Source of the DNA: the human T2T-CHM13v2.0 reference genome, Homo sapiens
Assembly (NCBI RefSeq): GCF_009914755.1
Contig: NC_060927.1
DNA: 64,000 nt
Reading direction: 5' to 3' (one strand)
Below are positions 52,245 through 64,000 of this stretch, piece by piece. A program made the position numbers and the translations under genes. The notes below the pieces were generated by a model, which ran no database searches, was not told the origin of the DNA, and saw nothing but the letters and a program-made list of their open reading frames with translations. The number at the start of each line of letters is the position of its first letter. Within the stretch, counting starts at the first letter, position 1.

Positions 52245-52900
52245 TATGGTTAGGATGTTATTGGCAATGATGCTAAATAAGAAATGCAACAGTAGCTGGG
52301 AATTTCTTCAAATGGCATGGTTTTAAATTACTAGATCTCCCAGAATAGAAAAGAATAATAAAGTACAGATTTCCTCAATCCCTCACAATATCATTTTGCC
52401 AGTTTTATATTTTAAAAGCATCCTCATTTATGCATTCTCTCAATAAAATCTGTCAGGGCAAAGTCCTCACTCCATACAATGTAGTAGTAAGAGCAGAAGC
52501 TTCACCATCATGTAGGGGTTCTGCGGAGACATTCTTCTTTCAAATCCACATTTCTCACCAGGGCTCTGAACTCCCTGCTTTGTATTTGTCTGTCTGTGTG
52601 TCTCTCTGTCTAGCTCCTTTGCTTCTCTCCTGAACATCTGCTCTCTCTCCTCCCTCTCTGTCATCTGGACCCCTCATCCTCTGTCCAAATGATGCAAGGA
52701 TGCTCTACTCTCTCCAAGTTCACATGCCACTTCCAGCCACTTATAGGGACTGATGAGCAAATTTTGATTCCAAGTTCACGGAAGAAAGAAGCTGTTCGGC
52801 CCTGCTTGGGCCAGATGGTCCAACGTTGCTGTACGTCACCCATCTCCATGGGTGTGGAAGGAGGGGTGATTGTGGGAGGAGGGAAATAATCATGACCTAG
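52245..52900 (-). mobile_element. Ancient MLT1 (L/N-like) LTR remnant
   Basis: GAAGAAAGAAGCTGTTCGGCCCTGCTTGGGCCAGATG resembles MLT1L/N antisense; very diverged. Confidence 0.4.
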
Positions 52901-53324
52901 GCAGACCCTCCAAGATGTGTCTACTACAATAAGGTACCTCATAAAGGTGTGCTGAATGGAAAGAAAGACAAGGAATTGGAATAAATAATGTCTATTTAAT
53001 TGTAAATTGTACTTTCTTCTTGAGGGCGTGTAAATTTAAGAAACAGAATAATTATAACAGCATTTTCATAAATTAAGTAGTATTAGGCTTAACCCGAGTC
53101 ACGGCTGGGTGCCCAACACAGCAGGGGTTTAATAAAGGCTTGTTAACTGTCTAGAACTCTGTTGAATTTAATTTAGCTTGATTTAGCATTTCCCATATGC
53201 AAAGTGCTTGACAACAATTGCATTTCCTGATATTTGCAGTCTTCCTGAGAACCTGAAATGCTATTTCTCATTTTATAAATGTGAAGCTATAATTGCCCAG
53301 TGAGACTCATTTCTTTGTGGGAGG

Positions 53325-53537
53325 AGGGTGGAAATAATGGTTAAGGACACCAAATTAGATCCAGATCTTGGCTTATCTGCTCACTAGTTTTGTGACGTTG
53401 GTCAAGTTACATAATCCCCTTGAGCTTCACTTTCATCTCTTAAACTGATATGATAGAAGTTACCAGGCCAAGGTTTCATGAGAATTAATTGAGAGCTTAG
53501 AACGCAGAAGGTGCTCAGTATGTTAGCTCTTAATAAT
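53325..53537 (+). mobile_element. MIR
   Basis: CACTAGTTTTGTGACGTTGGTCAAGTTACATAA...GTGCTCAGTATGTTAGCT. Confidence 0.65.
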
Positions 53538-53872
53538 TGCAATAGTTATTGTTGTATAAGATTTTACTGCATGTTAGGCAACAATTTCTTAAAGAAGAGT
53601 CCCAGGAATGCTGTAACATAAATGGCTTAAGAGTGCATGCTGTTGTTTGCCTGATAGCTCCCTGTAACTGATACGCTCAGGTTACAGGCTTAAGTATATG
53701 TGTTTTATTCTCTGCATCACACACAGAGTTCACCCCTCCTCTTGGGTGTTGGTCTGTTGGATCCGCCTCTTCAAGAGACAGACCGAGCTCTGAAATATTG
53801 ACTTGAAGGGCTGCGTAAATTATTACCTTGCTGCTCTTACCTAAAGAAGAGAGAGCAAAGCTAAGGGGCAGG

Positions 53873-54241
53873 TGATGTGGTTTGGCTGTGTCCCCACCCA
53901 AATCTCATCTTGTTGCTCCCATAATTCCCATGTGTTGTGGGACGGACCCAGTGGGAGATGATTGAATCATGTTGGGGGGAGCCGTCTTTCCCATGCTGTT
54001 CTCATGATAGTGAATGGATCTCACAAGATCTGATGGTTTTAAAAACGGGAATTTCCCTGCACAAGCTCTCTATTTGCCTGCTGCCAACCATGTAAGATGT
54101 GACTTGCTCCTCCTCGTCTTCCACCATGATTGTGAAGCCTCCCCAGCCATGTGGAACCATAAGTCTAATAAACCTCTTTCCTTTGTAAATTGTGCAGGCT
54201 CAGGTATGTCTTTATCAGCAGGCTGAAAATGGACTAATACA
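53873..54241 (+). mobile_element. THE1A MaLR solo LTR
   Basis: TGATGTGGTTTGGCTGTGTCCCCACCCAAATCTCATCT...GGACTAATACA; perfect 5-bp TSD GCAGG (53868-53872 / 54242-54246). Confidence 0.92.
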
Positions 54242-54504
54242 GCAGGTATGGAGAAGCCATGCACATGTCCAAGCAGAGCATAGGATCATTGTGTGAGCAC
54301 AGGAACAGGTTCAAAACAAGGCTGAGCAAGGAGAGAGGGCTCAGGCCTTAGTTAAAAAATGGCACTGGGGACCTGGAGGAAGCTGCCAGGGGAAGGGCTA
54401 GGGGTTTGGTGGGGAGAGGAGCTAGAGTTCAAGGCATCATGCTGGGGCTGAAGCCATTATTATGCAAATGTGATACTGGTCTTAACAGTGATCAGAAAGC
54501 ATTT

Positions 54505-54543
54505 ATATGCTAATTATTATAATCATATGCTAATTATTATAAT
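54505..54543. repeat. 20-bp-period tandem duplication
   Basis: ATATGCTAATTATTATAAT at 54505-54523 and 54525-54543, identical. Confidence 0.9.
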
Positions 54544-55719
54544 ATTGGTTATGTGTTGACTGGCTTTCTTCCTGCTAATTGGAAGAACTCAAAGTTGTCC
54601 TAGTAATGTGGCTCATGGTACTGTCTTCAGAGCAGCTAAGTTTAATCAGACCATAGCATCAGTGTTGGTACATTCATGTACCATTTTATATAAGGTGCAA
54701 TCCTTATGATTTCATTATTAATCATGGCTGCAGCGCTGTCTTGAAATCATCTGAATACCAGTTAGCCACTTGTTGATTACTTCAGTTATTCCAACTTTGT
54801 TGAGCAGGCTCCAGTGAAACCCAGATTACCTAGACCCTACAGTCTAGAGGTAGAAATAGCTACATGCACCATATATGCACATGATGAATGTTTTATGCAG
54901 CTTAAACTTGCTTCTCACAGATTTGGGAAGCGAAAAGTGTAGTGCAAAAAATACAAGACATTTGGCAGATACACCCATGTCTCTTTTATCTATGCTGTCA
55001 GGCTAAAAACTCTTGACTGAGCTGTAGAGGGTCAACAGATGGCCAAAGCATCAACCAGAGAAGCAAGTTCAGCCTGAATCCAACTCATTAGGATTCTAGG
55101 TCAGGCTTCAGGCAGGAAGCCTGAACTCACAGGCCAGTGGAAATAGACAGGTGTTGACACAAGTGACCTTCAACATCAAGACCTGATTGCTCCTGCCATT
55201 GAGACTGGCAATGTGGAAGGAAAGGGCAATGATATACCTTCAAGCTGGGATTATAAAAGCAGCCTATGGTTGCAGTCTCAAGTTGGAAGGAAACAAATGT
55301 GTTCTACAAGGGTCTGGCATTCACAGGAAATTGCTATCTTGGGAGAGAGTTGCCAAGCTAAGACTCTCAAATCTGGCAGGGTTTGCATAGTTAAGTCCTA
55401 GATGAGAGTTCATGGTCAAACGTTTTCTTTACAGTGTAAAGCCATTTTTTTAAGGGAATTAGCAGCACTGAACAGTGCCCTTGTGATTTCCTGTGCTGGG
55501 GGAAATGACAATTGAAGCAAAACATTGCCATTCTACAAATTCTATATTTATTCATCCAATCAGTCAGTATCTTGCAGGCACCTACCATGTAAGGGACCAC
55601 TAAAAAGCTCTGAATTACAGCAGCGCAAGGTAGAGTTGATGCTCTTCTTCAAGAAAAGGAGAAATAATGGGCTAGCAAGAACATAGCAGAAGAGATGTAT
55701 TCACCGTGTACCCTGCTCC

Positions 55720-56275
55720 CAGGCATGAGAGAGCACCAGCATGTGTGGTGTCTGATGAGGGCCTGCTTCCTGGTTCTCATGTGTCTCCAGGGGTGCAAGG
55801 GCAAGAGCAGCCTCAGGTGTACTTTATAAGGGCACAAACTGCATTGATGAGGGCTCTTCCCTCATGTCCTAATCACTTTTTTTTTTTTTTTCCTGAGACG
55901 GAGTTTCACTCTGTCGCCCAGGCTGGAGTGCAGTGGCGCAATTTCTGCAACCTCTGCCTCCCAGGTTCAAGCGATTCTCCTGCCTCAGCCTCCCAAGTAG
56001 CTGGGATTACAGGTGGGGGCCACCACACCTGGCTGTGTATGTGTGTGTATTTTTAGTAGAGACGGGGTTTCACCACGTTGGCCCGGCTGGTCTTGAACTC
56101 CTGACTTCAGGTGATCCGCCCACCTCTGCCTCCCAAAGTGCTGGGATTGCAGGCACGAGCCACTGCGTCCAGGCCCCTAATCACTTCTGAAAGACCCAAT
56201 TCCAAATACCATCACATTGGGAATTAGGTTTCAACATATGAATTTTCCAGGGACACAAACATTCAGTCTAAAGCA
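55720..56275 (-). mobile_element. MLT1A-like LTR interrupted by Alu
   Basis: GGTGTCTGATGAGGGCCTGCTTCCTGGTTC...CCTAATCACTT|...AATACCATCACATTGGG...GGGACACAAACATTCAGTC. Confidence 0.8.
55879..56175 (-). mobile_element. AluSx
   Basis: TCAGGTGATCCGCCCACC; 11-bp TSD CCTAATCACTT (55868-55878 / 56176-56186). Confidence 0.93.
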
Positions 56276-58049
56276 GCTCCTTGAGCCATGAGCAATGCAC
56301 TTTATTCCTCAGGCTGTCGCTTCACCTTCAGCCCTCAGGTTTTTGCAATCCTGTCTACATGGCCTCTCACTTTGATTTCCTTAGCCATTTCTGGTAGGCT
56401 ACTGGGAAGGAGTTAAAACGGCTCTAGGTCAGCCTTCCACCTTCAGCCCCACATAATCCACATCTTATTCCTAGTAAAGTCTCATGCTTTTGTTACCTGG
56501 ACATATTCTGGAAATGGAGACCAATCCCCAGCTGCCATCTCTATTTAACTCCCACCTACTCAATTGCTCAAGCAATTGTCAGATCCTAGTCTATCGGGTC
56601 CTTGGCTGTGGAAAATATGCACCAGGTTCTCCTTTAACGTGCTGCTGGGCCCAAGCCTTAGTCCTTCTCCGTGGAAGGTGGGTGAGGACTTGTAGCACGC
56701 CAACAGCTCTCTCCAAAAATACCCTCTCCCAATTTTCTAACCACCCAGTCCTTTTATAGCCTCATTGGAGGCAAGGGATTTAAAAGTCGGGAAACCACGT
56801 TCTAGACAAGTTCTTTGAAAATTTTGCTTATGGTACCTCCTTTGGAATCTGGTCTGTCTTGAATCTTGGTGCCTCAACTAAAACTTCCAATGTAACATTC
56901 TGCTACGTAGATTTGGTAACACACTGCTGGGCGTTTGGGAGAACCAGGCAGAAGAGAAAAGAATGTCCTCTGTACTCCTTGATAATGAAAAATGGATATT
57001 GGTGGAGAGACAGGGCAGAGGGGAATTCCCTGGCAGAATTTGGGACGAGTCTAAAGGAGGAAGAGAAATGAAACAGAGAAGGGAGAAATCAAGAAAAATG
57101 TAGACTTTCAATGGAACATCTGAGAAACACTTGTTGAGAAGATGGGTCACTGCTCCGGTTTGAAGTCATAATTGTTCAAGGAAATATGCCCAGTTAGAGT
57201 CTTTGTCTCCATCCCAGGGCTGCTATTTTGGTTTCAGGGAAGCAGCTCAGTGATTCCTGAGAACATACAGTTTACGAAAGAGCTGTTAGGTTTGTGAGAA
57301 CACAATTGAACTGTGGATTCCTTAGTGGTCAGACCGATCATTAGTTCCCTCCATCCCGAAATGGCTCTATTTGTCTTACATTATAAACCAGCTCATTGAA
57401 GAACAGAAGGCTTATGCCAGGCCTAATAATCAACTCTGCCACTGGAAAGCACTGTCGTTTGGCTTCTGGATTTTTAGTTTTTTCCCTCTACAGGCTTAAA
57501 ATTTGGGGGCCTGTCTTGGGAAACCATGCAGGTGAAGCTCAGTCATTTGTGTCTGAAATGAGATGTCTATTGGGATAATTGCAATCTGGTCCCAGAACAG
57601 ACCATGAACACTCCCCAGTCTCACCCAGGGCAGTGATGAGGAGTTATGTGTACCTGTGGTTCCTAGACCAGAAAGCATAGCGGACGCCCACACTGTAACT
57701 CTCCAGATTGGGGCTGCTGAATAAATTTTATGAGTGTCAAGATTTCAGTGGTGAAAAGTTTGGCATTCTCATTTACCAATTTCAATTATCCCATTAAGAA
57801 AACAGTGGCTAATGTGGATGAAAAATGAAAGGCCAATTTTAATCCACCTCCCAAAGCTTTCTCATTGATTGGGACATTCTAACTGTCTTTTACTCAAGGC
57901 CTGCTCCTTAGCGCCACTGTTTTAGCTCCCTACATGTTTTCTTCCTCACATAGTGAATACATTTGGGGTATTTTTCCAAGTCACCAGTCCCCAACTTTAA
58001 CTGACCTCACTATCAAAATGTAACCCATCCCCTTCCACAGGAGCCATTC

Positions 58050-58590
58050 TATAAAGTGTGAACCCACGCCCCAGCCTCAATCACATTAGACCAAGTTTGA
58101 GTGACATCCTACAAGCTGGACCAATCAGAATTCCTTCCTTCTAAATTTGGAATTGAGATCAACAGGTAATCAGGGAGATTATCTCCATTTGTCTGGACAT
58201 GTAATGGCTATACTTAGGAACCCTGGTGAAGCCTAGAACAAAGTGAGGCAACCTACAGGGAGAGCAGAAAATGATGTGGATTCATAAAGAAAGAGAGACA
58301 AGGGAGAGGGAGAGAGTGCTGAGTTCTTGGCAACATCCAGTGCCCAGTTGCAACCTTTCCTGAGGCCTGGCTGCATTCTTGGTCTTCGTTTCCATGTGGA
58401 ATGACAGCATGAACTGGTTTGTCCAGTTTAATGATAATGGTGCTCCCCCTTTCACCAATTTAAAGTCCACAGACACCCTATTTCTATGGGACTTCAATTT
58501 TAGTCATGTAAGAGAAACTCTCTTTAGCCTAAGTTATCTCAAGTTAGGTTTTCTGTCTTGCATGAGGACCAATGCCTATTGCAGCCTTAA
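58050..58590 (+). mobile_element. LTR16-like ERVL LTR
   Basis: CAAGCTGGACCAATCAGAATTCCTT, CCTGAGGCCTGGCTGCA, AGTTAGGTTTTCTGTCTTGCA. Confidence 0.5.
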
Positions 58591-58604
58591 CAAACAGACA
58601 TTTT

Positions 58605-58750
58605 AGAGAGTTATCTCCATTTTGCAGATGAGAAAACTGAGGCTCTGGGGGCTAGGCAAGTTATCCAAGGTCAAACATATAATAAATGGTGGAGCTGGGA
58701 TTTGAGCCAGATCTGACCACCTCTAAAACCCATACAGTTTTCACTGGACT
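58605..58750 (-). mobile_element. MIR
   Basis: CCATTTTGCAGATGAGAAAACTGAGGCTC...GGAGCTGGGATTTGAGCCAG. Confidence 0.8.
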
Positions 58751-60660
58751 TTAGCATTTCTCAAGGACACTGACTTTAGTTGTTTTTGTAGTCAACAGCA
58801 ATTTTGTCTATCTCAAAGCCTCTAAAGACAGATTGGGTGTCCAAAAAAATGAATCCCAAACTTTTCTGATTAAATATCTGCTTTCCAATTGCTCTTTGAA
58901 ATATGAGATAGAAAATGGCAATGCTGATGAAGATGAAATGAACTCGGGCAGAAGCCTGAGCTGAATTTGGGAAAGATGATTAGTGGATCGAATGCTGGAG
59001 AAAAACAACGAGGTTGTTTGCCTTTTTCCTGCTGTCCATGTGTCATTGAAAAGGTGGACACATTCCCACCTGAGAGGACTCTAATTAGAAGGTCTTTTGG
59101 ATAAAAATCTGAATGCAACAGAGGGACCATGAATTAAAGTATATGTGTTCTCTGTACTGATCTGGTTTCATTAGCCACTGGACCACATCTTTCTCTATTA
59201 TACATCAGGGATCATTACTTAGAGTGGCAGTCAATGCAGCCACTGGCTGAGACTAGAAGGCCCATTAGACACTGATTCTTAGACTTTTTTCTCCCCAATC
59301 AAGTAAAGTCATGACTTTCAGAAATGAGTCATTATATACGTTTTTAATTAACCTTAACTGGGTGCCAGCTTTCTTCATATAGGTCAGCTTTGACTTACCG
59401 AATGTAATGTGGCTAGATTTTTTTTCTTCAGGGATGACATGGCTCTGGTTAGTATTGCAAATAAGTTTTTGAACTAGACTTGCCCAGCCCAGCATCGTTT
59501 TCTCTCAGGAATCCAGCCCAAATTCCCAGCAGAAGGAATCTTCCTTTCTTCTAATCACTACCACGCACAAAATCCATCTACCTTTTGTGATATATTCATC
59601 ACTGGCAAAAATCAGGGACCATGGAAGCTAAAAAGCGCTATGCCAGTAGGACTGGCTGTTGGCATGCTTTTCCAAGTAAAGTGCTTATACTTTTCCCTGT
59701 CTCTCACTCTGTCCTCTTAATGGCAGAGGATGTGGTGCTAATTTTGCTGGTCAGCAATCGGAAGAGATCAATAGCGAACAGAGGTGCCAATTTGTAGAGG
59801 AGGTGTTATTTTTAAACAGCCTGCCAAACTCCAGAATTAAATTGAGGCTTTAAGGGCAAAGAATGGACAAACCAGGTCTAATAACTCTTTATTCTTTCCA
59901 GTTTCCCATATTTTATCATTGTCTTGTTTTCTAAATGTAAGTTGCTCTGGCTGCTTTCAGAGAAGAATGGGGGAAGGATGGGAGAGGGGTAAAGGAGAGA
60001 CGGAAGGGGGAGAGAAGGAAAGAGTGTGAAAAGCTGCATGAATTATCAGGGCCCAGAGGATGACATAATACCAACCAATAACTTTAAATTTTTGGCAGTG
60101 TCTGTACTGCTGACTCTGTTATTGGCCAGTCCCCAGTGAGGAAGATTATTTAATGCAAATTTGTCATTTCACTGTAACTCTCCAGCTAATACAAATAAAA
60201 TTTCAACATTTGCTCAACATTGCAACCAAAGGTACAGACAGAGAAAAGACATCATCTAATGCCTGGGGTAATTTCTCCTCAATCAGATTTCTTTCCCAGG
60301 ACAAAGTCATTCAGTTTTGCTGCTGTATAGGTCAGGCCTTAGGAAAGAGGTCCCAGATCCATTGAGCATTCTCTATATTCATATGATGTGCCCTGTATGT
60401 GGAATAAATGATGCTGGGTGTGTGGGAGATGGTTTGGTTCTGAGGAAAACAGTGTAGAATAAGCGAGATGATTCCTGGTCTTCCAGTCCATAGGCCAAAG
60501 TGCACTATCCCTATAGGGAAATATATGAAGGGAAGGGCCACCGGGGCAAGTGGGAGGGACACTGGTATTTTCAGAACGTTCCTTCATATTTTAATTTGGA
60601 GGAAAATGCACCCCTTTTGTGTTTTCACTACTAGATTACCCTGAGGAGGGATAGTCAGAA

Positions 60661-61010
60661 TTTTGTTTTTTTACTTTTAAGTTCAGGGGTACAAGTGACA
60701 AGCACAGGTTCATTACATGGGTAAACTTGTGTCATGCAGGTTTGTTGTACAGATTAGTTCATCACCCAGGTATTAAGCCTGGTACCCATCAGTTGTTTTT
60801 CCTGATCCTCTCCCTCCTCCCACCCTCCAGCCCCGATAGGCCCCAGTGTGTTTTGTACCCCTCTATATGTCCATGTGTTCTCACCATTTAACTCCCACTT
60901 ACAAGTGGGAACATGCGGTATTTGGTTTTCTGTTCCCTTGTTAGTTTGCTAAGGATAGTGGCCTCCAGTTGCATCCATGTCCCTGAAAAGGACATGACAT
61001 GGTTCTTATT
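60661..61010 (-). mobile_element. L1PA13-like 3' fragment
   Basis: GGTAAACTTGTGTCATG..GTTTGTTGTACAGATTA.TTCATCACCCAGGTATTAAGCC; CCTGATCCTCTCCCTCCTCCCACCCTCC. Confidence 0.85.
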
Positions 61011-61819
61011 TTTTTAAGCAACTATTTAAAATGGAAATGGGAGGCAAATCCTCCTTAGCCCAGATTTGAGAGGAAAGAGCAAACGAGTAGACCATGCACA
61101 GTAAGTAATTTCCAAACGATTCTTTCTCTTCAGCTTGAGATATTTCCATGAGGTGAGAGTCACACATTCTTATATATATTTACACCCAAATTACTGTACC
61201 AACATTTAGATCTTTCCCAAGTAACAGTGTGAAACCAGCAGCTCAGAAGTATTTATAACTGAGATGCATGATTGGTGGCACAATAATTGTTTTATAAAAT
61301 ACTACACCTATCATTTTCGACTGCTGACTTAAGGTGGATGATCTGTATAAAAAATAAATTATTTGTGTTAAGGAAATGGTGATGAAATATGGGCTTTGTG
61401 TGTTAGTCATTAATCTTTCCATTTAAATGCAAATTTTCATTTCAATCCCTACCTGAAAATACACCTAATAAGAAACAAATTTGATTTTCTGATTTATTAT
61501 TTCAGACAAAGCCTTTGGAATATGCATTTTCTTTTCATGGGAAAGAGTGGGTTCTATTTACATTTTTCACATGTATTTTAAAAACTCAGCCAACCAAATA
61601 TCACTTGCAACTCAAACATGAAAGTTATTTGGTTGGCCAAGAGACATCTAGACGTATGGTTTTGTGTGTTTGAGAGACAGGTGTTGAAGTGGATATCCAC
61701 TCTCCCTTGGTGATCCCCAAGTCATGGATTACTGGGGATCTTGGAGTTACTGCTGGAGTTTGAAAACCCTGGTGTTCACCAAACATTATCTTAATAGTAG
61801 AAAAAGTATATCTTGCTAT

Positions 61820-62040
61820 GTATTTTAATAGTAATTATTAGTATTGCATAGCAGGAGGTATCATATTAAACTCTAAGCTAGGTTCATTCATCTGATCCTC
61901 ACAGTAGCCCGTTGACGTAGCCATTATTTTTATACTCATTTTATAGATTAAAAAGGTGAGACCCAGAGAGATTAAGGAACTGGTCTAAGTTTATATGGAT
62001 GTTAAATTAAGGATAGGTTGACACCAATACCTGTGAATTC
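61820..62040 (-). mobile_element. MIR
   Basis: CTCATTTTATAGAT...GAGACCCAGAGAGATTAAGGAACT. Confidence 0.6.
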
Positions 62041-62474
62041 ACCTGTAGACCATGCAGCCTTTAGAGATTAAGTGTTATTTAAAGGCATTTCTGATGAATT
62101 GTTTTTCAAAATCAATGTTTAAAAAAATGCGGTCCTCAAGCATGAGAAGGCTAACAGCCCATGCTCTTATTTAATCAGGACCTACAGTTAATCAAGTTGG
62201 TTGTTGTCAGCTGAATTCTTCCTAAAACTAGGAGATCAAAAGAGATGGGCAAGGGAGCAACCCAGAGTGTGCAGTTCATTCATGAACTAACTTACTTTTC
62301 ACTCAGAGAAAATGATACAAGCTTTGGGTCAGGTGCTCAAGTATTCATCAGAAGGTTGAAGAAAAGAGTCAACTACTAACAAGCCACTCTGTGAATATAG
62401 TTTTTCTGTTTCTTACAAATGGCCAGGTCAAGATGTCCCAAAGGAAAAAAAAAATTTAGAAGGTGAAGTAACCA

Positions 62475-62766
<292 letters not shown>

Positions 62767-64000
62767 TCAAGGTAGAAAATGCAGTTGCCAAGGGGTGCTT
62801 CCCTCTTTAGTAATATAGGGGAAAGAAATACTTCTGTAGGCTGCCACCCTGGAAAAAAATGTTAGTACTGGAGTGTCATCTAGCAGTGTCCTGTTACGTT
62901 ACTCAGCTCCTCTTCTATCAAACCTATTACCAGCTTCACAGGCTTGTGGGAAGGCTAAGTTAGACAACTTCCACCTAGTAAATCCTTTAGTGCAGTAACT
63001 GATAGTTGCTCTTGTCACTGCTACCAAATCCCTTCCCCACCCTCACCCCCACCAACAAAGTGGTCAATGCAATGAAGAGAAAGAGGAAAATGCAACTACT
63101 TTTTTTTCTTTTTAGGCTACAATGAGACATCTCCTATGGCTCTAAGAAGCTAGGAACATTCTGTGGTCTTTAGGAGAGCCATTTAGTGGCTGCAAATTTG
63201 GTCATTATAACAAGAAGAGTCCTGCCTGCTGTGCCTCACCCGTGCTCCAGAAATCACTCCGGTCTCTGACCTCTTCAATCTTCCCTGTTTTTATTTGGTG
63301 GTCGGTCCATGCCCTGCCCTGCTCTGAGCATTACTAACCCATAAGTGAGAGCTGGGAGGGGAGTCAGCCTCTAAAAACCCAGATAATTGTAGAGGTTAAA
63401 GCAGTTCACGGCATTATAATTAACTGCTGTATTAGGTGTTTTACAATCCTGACACCACCACAGACAGAAAATGTTTAATCAGAACTGAAAGCACCTTGGA
63501 ATTAATCCATTTTCATGGTGGAAATTGCAGTGAAGGTATGAAATCAGGCCCAGGCGGGAGAACTAGCCCATTTTCCTTGCAGGTTGCATGCTAGTCACTG
63601 TCTTTCCTACAGCTGGTTACAGCTTTACCACCCAGAACTTTCTATGCTGTGCAACAACTTTTTGTGACTACAGCAAAATCCATTTATCAGTCTTACCTGG
63701 AGTCAGGGTTCTCAACACGATTTCACCTATCAGAATTCTGTAAGCCACAACCTGTCTACAAAAACAGCCTAGCATGTGGCCAGGTCAATCTGGAATGAGG
63801 CTTATGTCACCCAGTACTGACACTGATGCATCCCCTCTGATCCTCCCAGCAAAGGCACTGAGGATCACCTGTCCCCGCTCCCCCTGGCTAGCACACCTGA
63901 CTGAACAACAGGAAGAAAGGAGGAGCTGGCCATATTCCAAGGTGTCTGAGCCCTGAGTTACAACTGCTTCCTGCTCTGTGATTCCATCCATAGGGCCCAT

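Noticed and set aside
57021-57030. Palindromic kB site GGGAATTCCC
   Set aside because: Single motif with no supporting context; chance occurrence is plausible
63095-63120. Strong plus-strand acceptor TTTTTTTCTTTTTAG|G
   Set aside because: The best downstream donor I found is ~420 nt away and there is no supporting ORF; isolated acceptors are common

Overview
This is primate (human or great-ape-like) non-coding genomic DNA, intergenic or deep intronic. It is AT-rich, CpG-poor and dense in transposable-element fossils: Alu (J/S/Y), MIR, L2, L1 (PA8, PA13, MA, MC/ME), HAL1, MaLR LTRs (THE1, MST, MLT1), ERVL LTRs (MLT2A2, LTR16-like) and DNA transposons (MER3, MER44B, MER58C). I find no credible protein-coding gene, structural RNA gene or CRISPR array; the ORF track is explained by chance ORFs plus Alu- and L1-ORF2-derived frames. 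Repeat subfamily names come from recalled consensus motifs, not from a RepeatMasker run, so boundaries of old elements are approximate. The most notable structures are: (1) a ~193-bp inverted, locally templated copy of an LTR/flank junction (24778-24975 copied to 26368-26560) bracketed by a 30-bp direct repeat, which looks like a fossil template-switch event; (2) an ungapped 104-bp quasi-palindrome at an L1/Alu breakpoint (47122-47225); (3) an extended CTCF site in a small CpG-rich patch (~33995-34024); (4) an end-joining-like scar at a truncated Alu (50777-50817); (5) a three-arm Alu under one TSD pair; and (6) a THE1A LTR with a perfect NF-kB site next to a G4 motif and a POU-motif cluster. 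I see no evidence of a new gene-based system.
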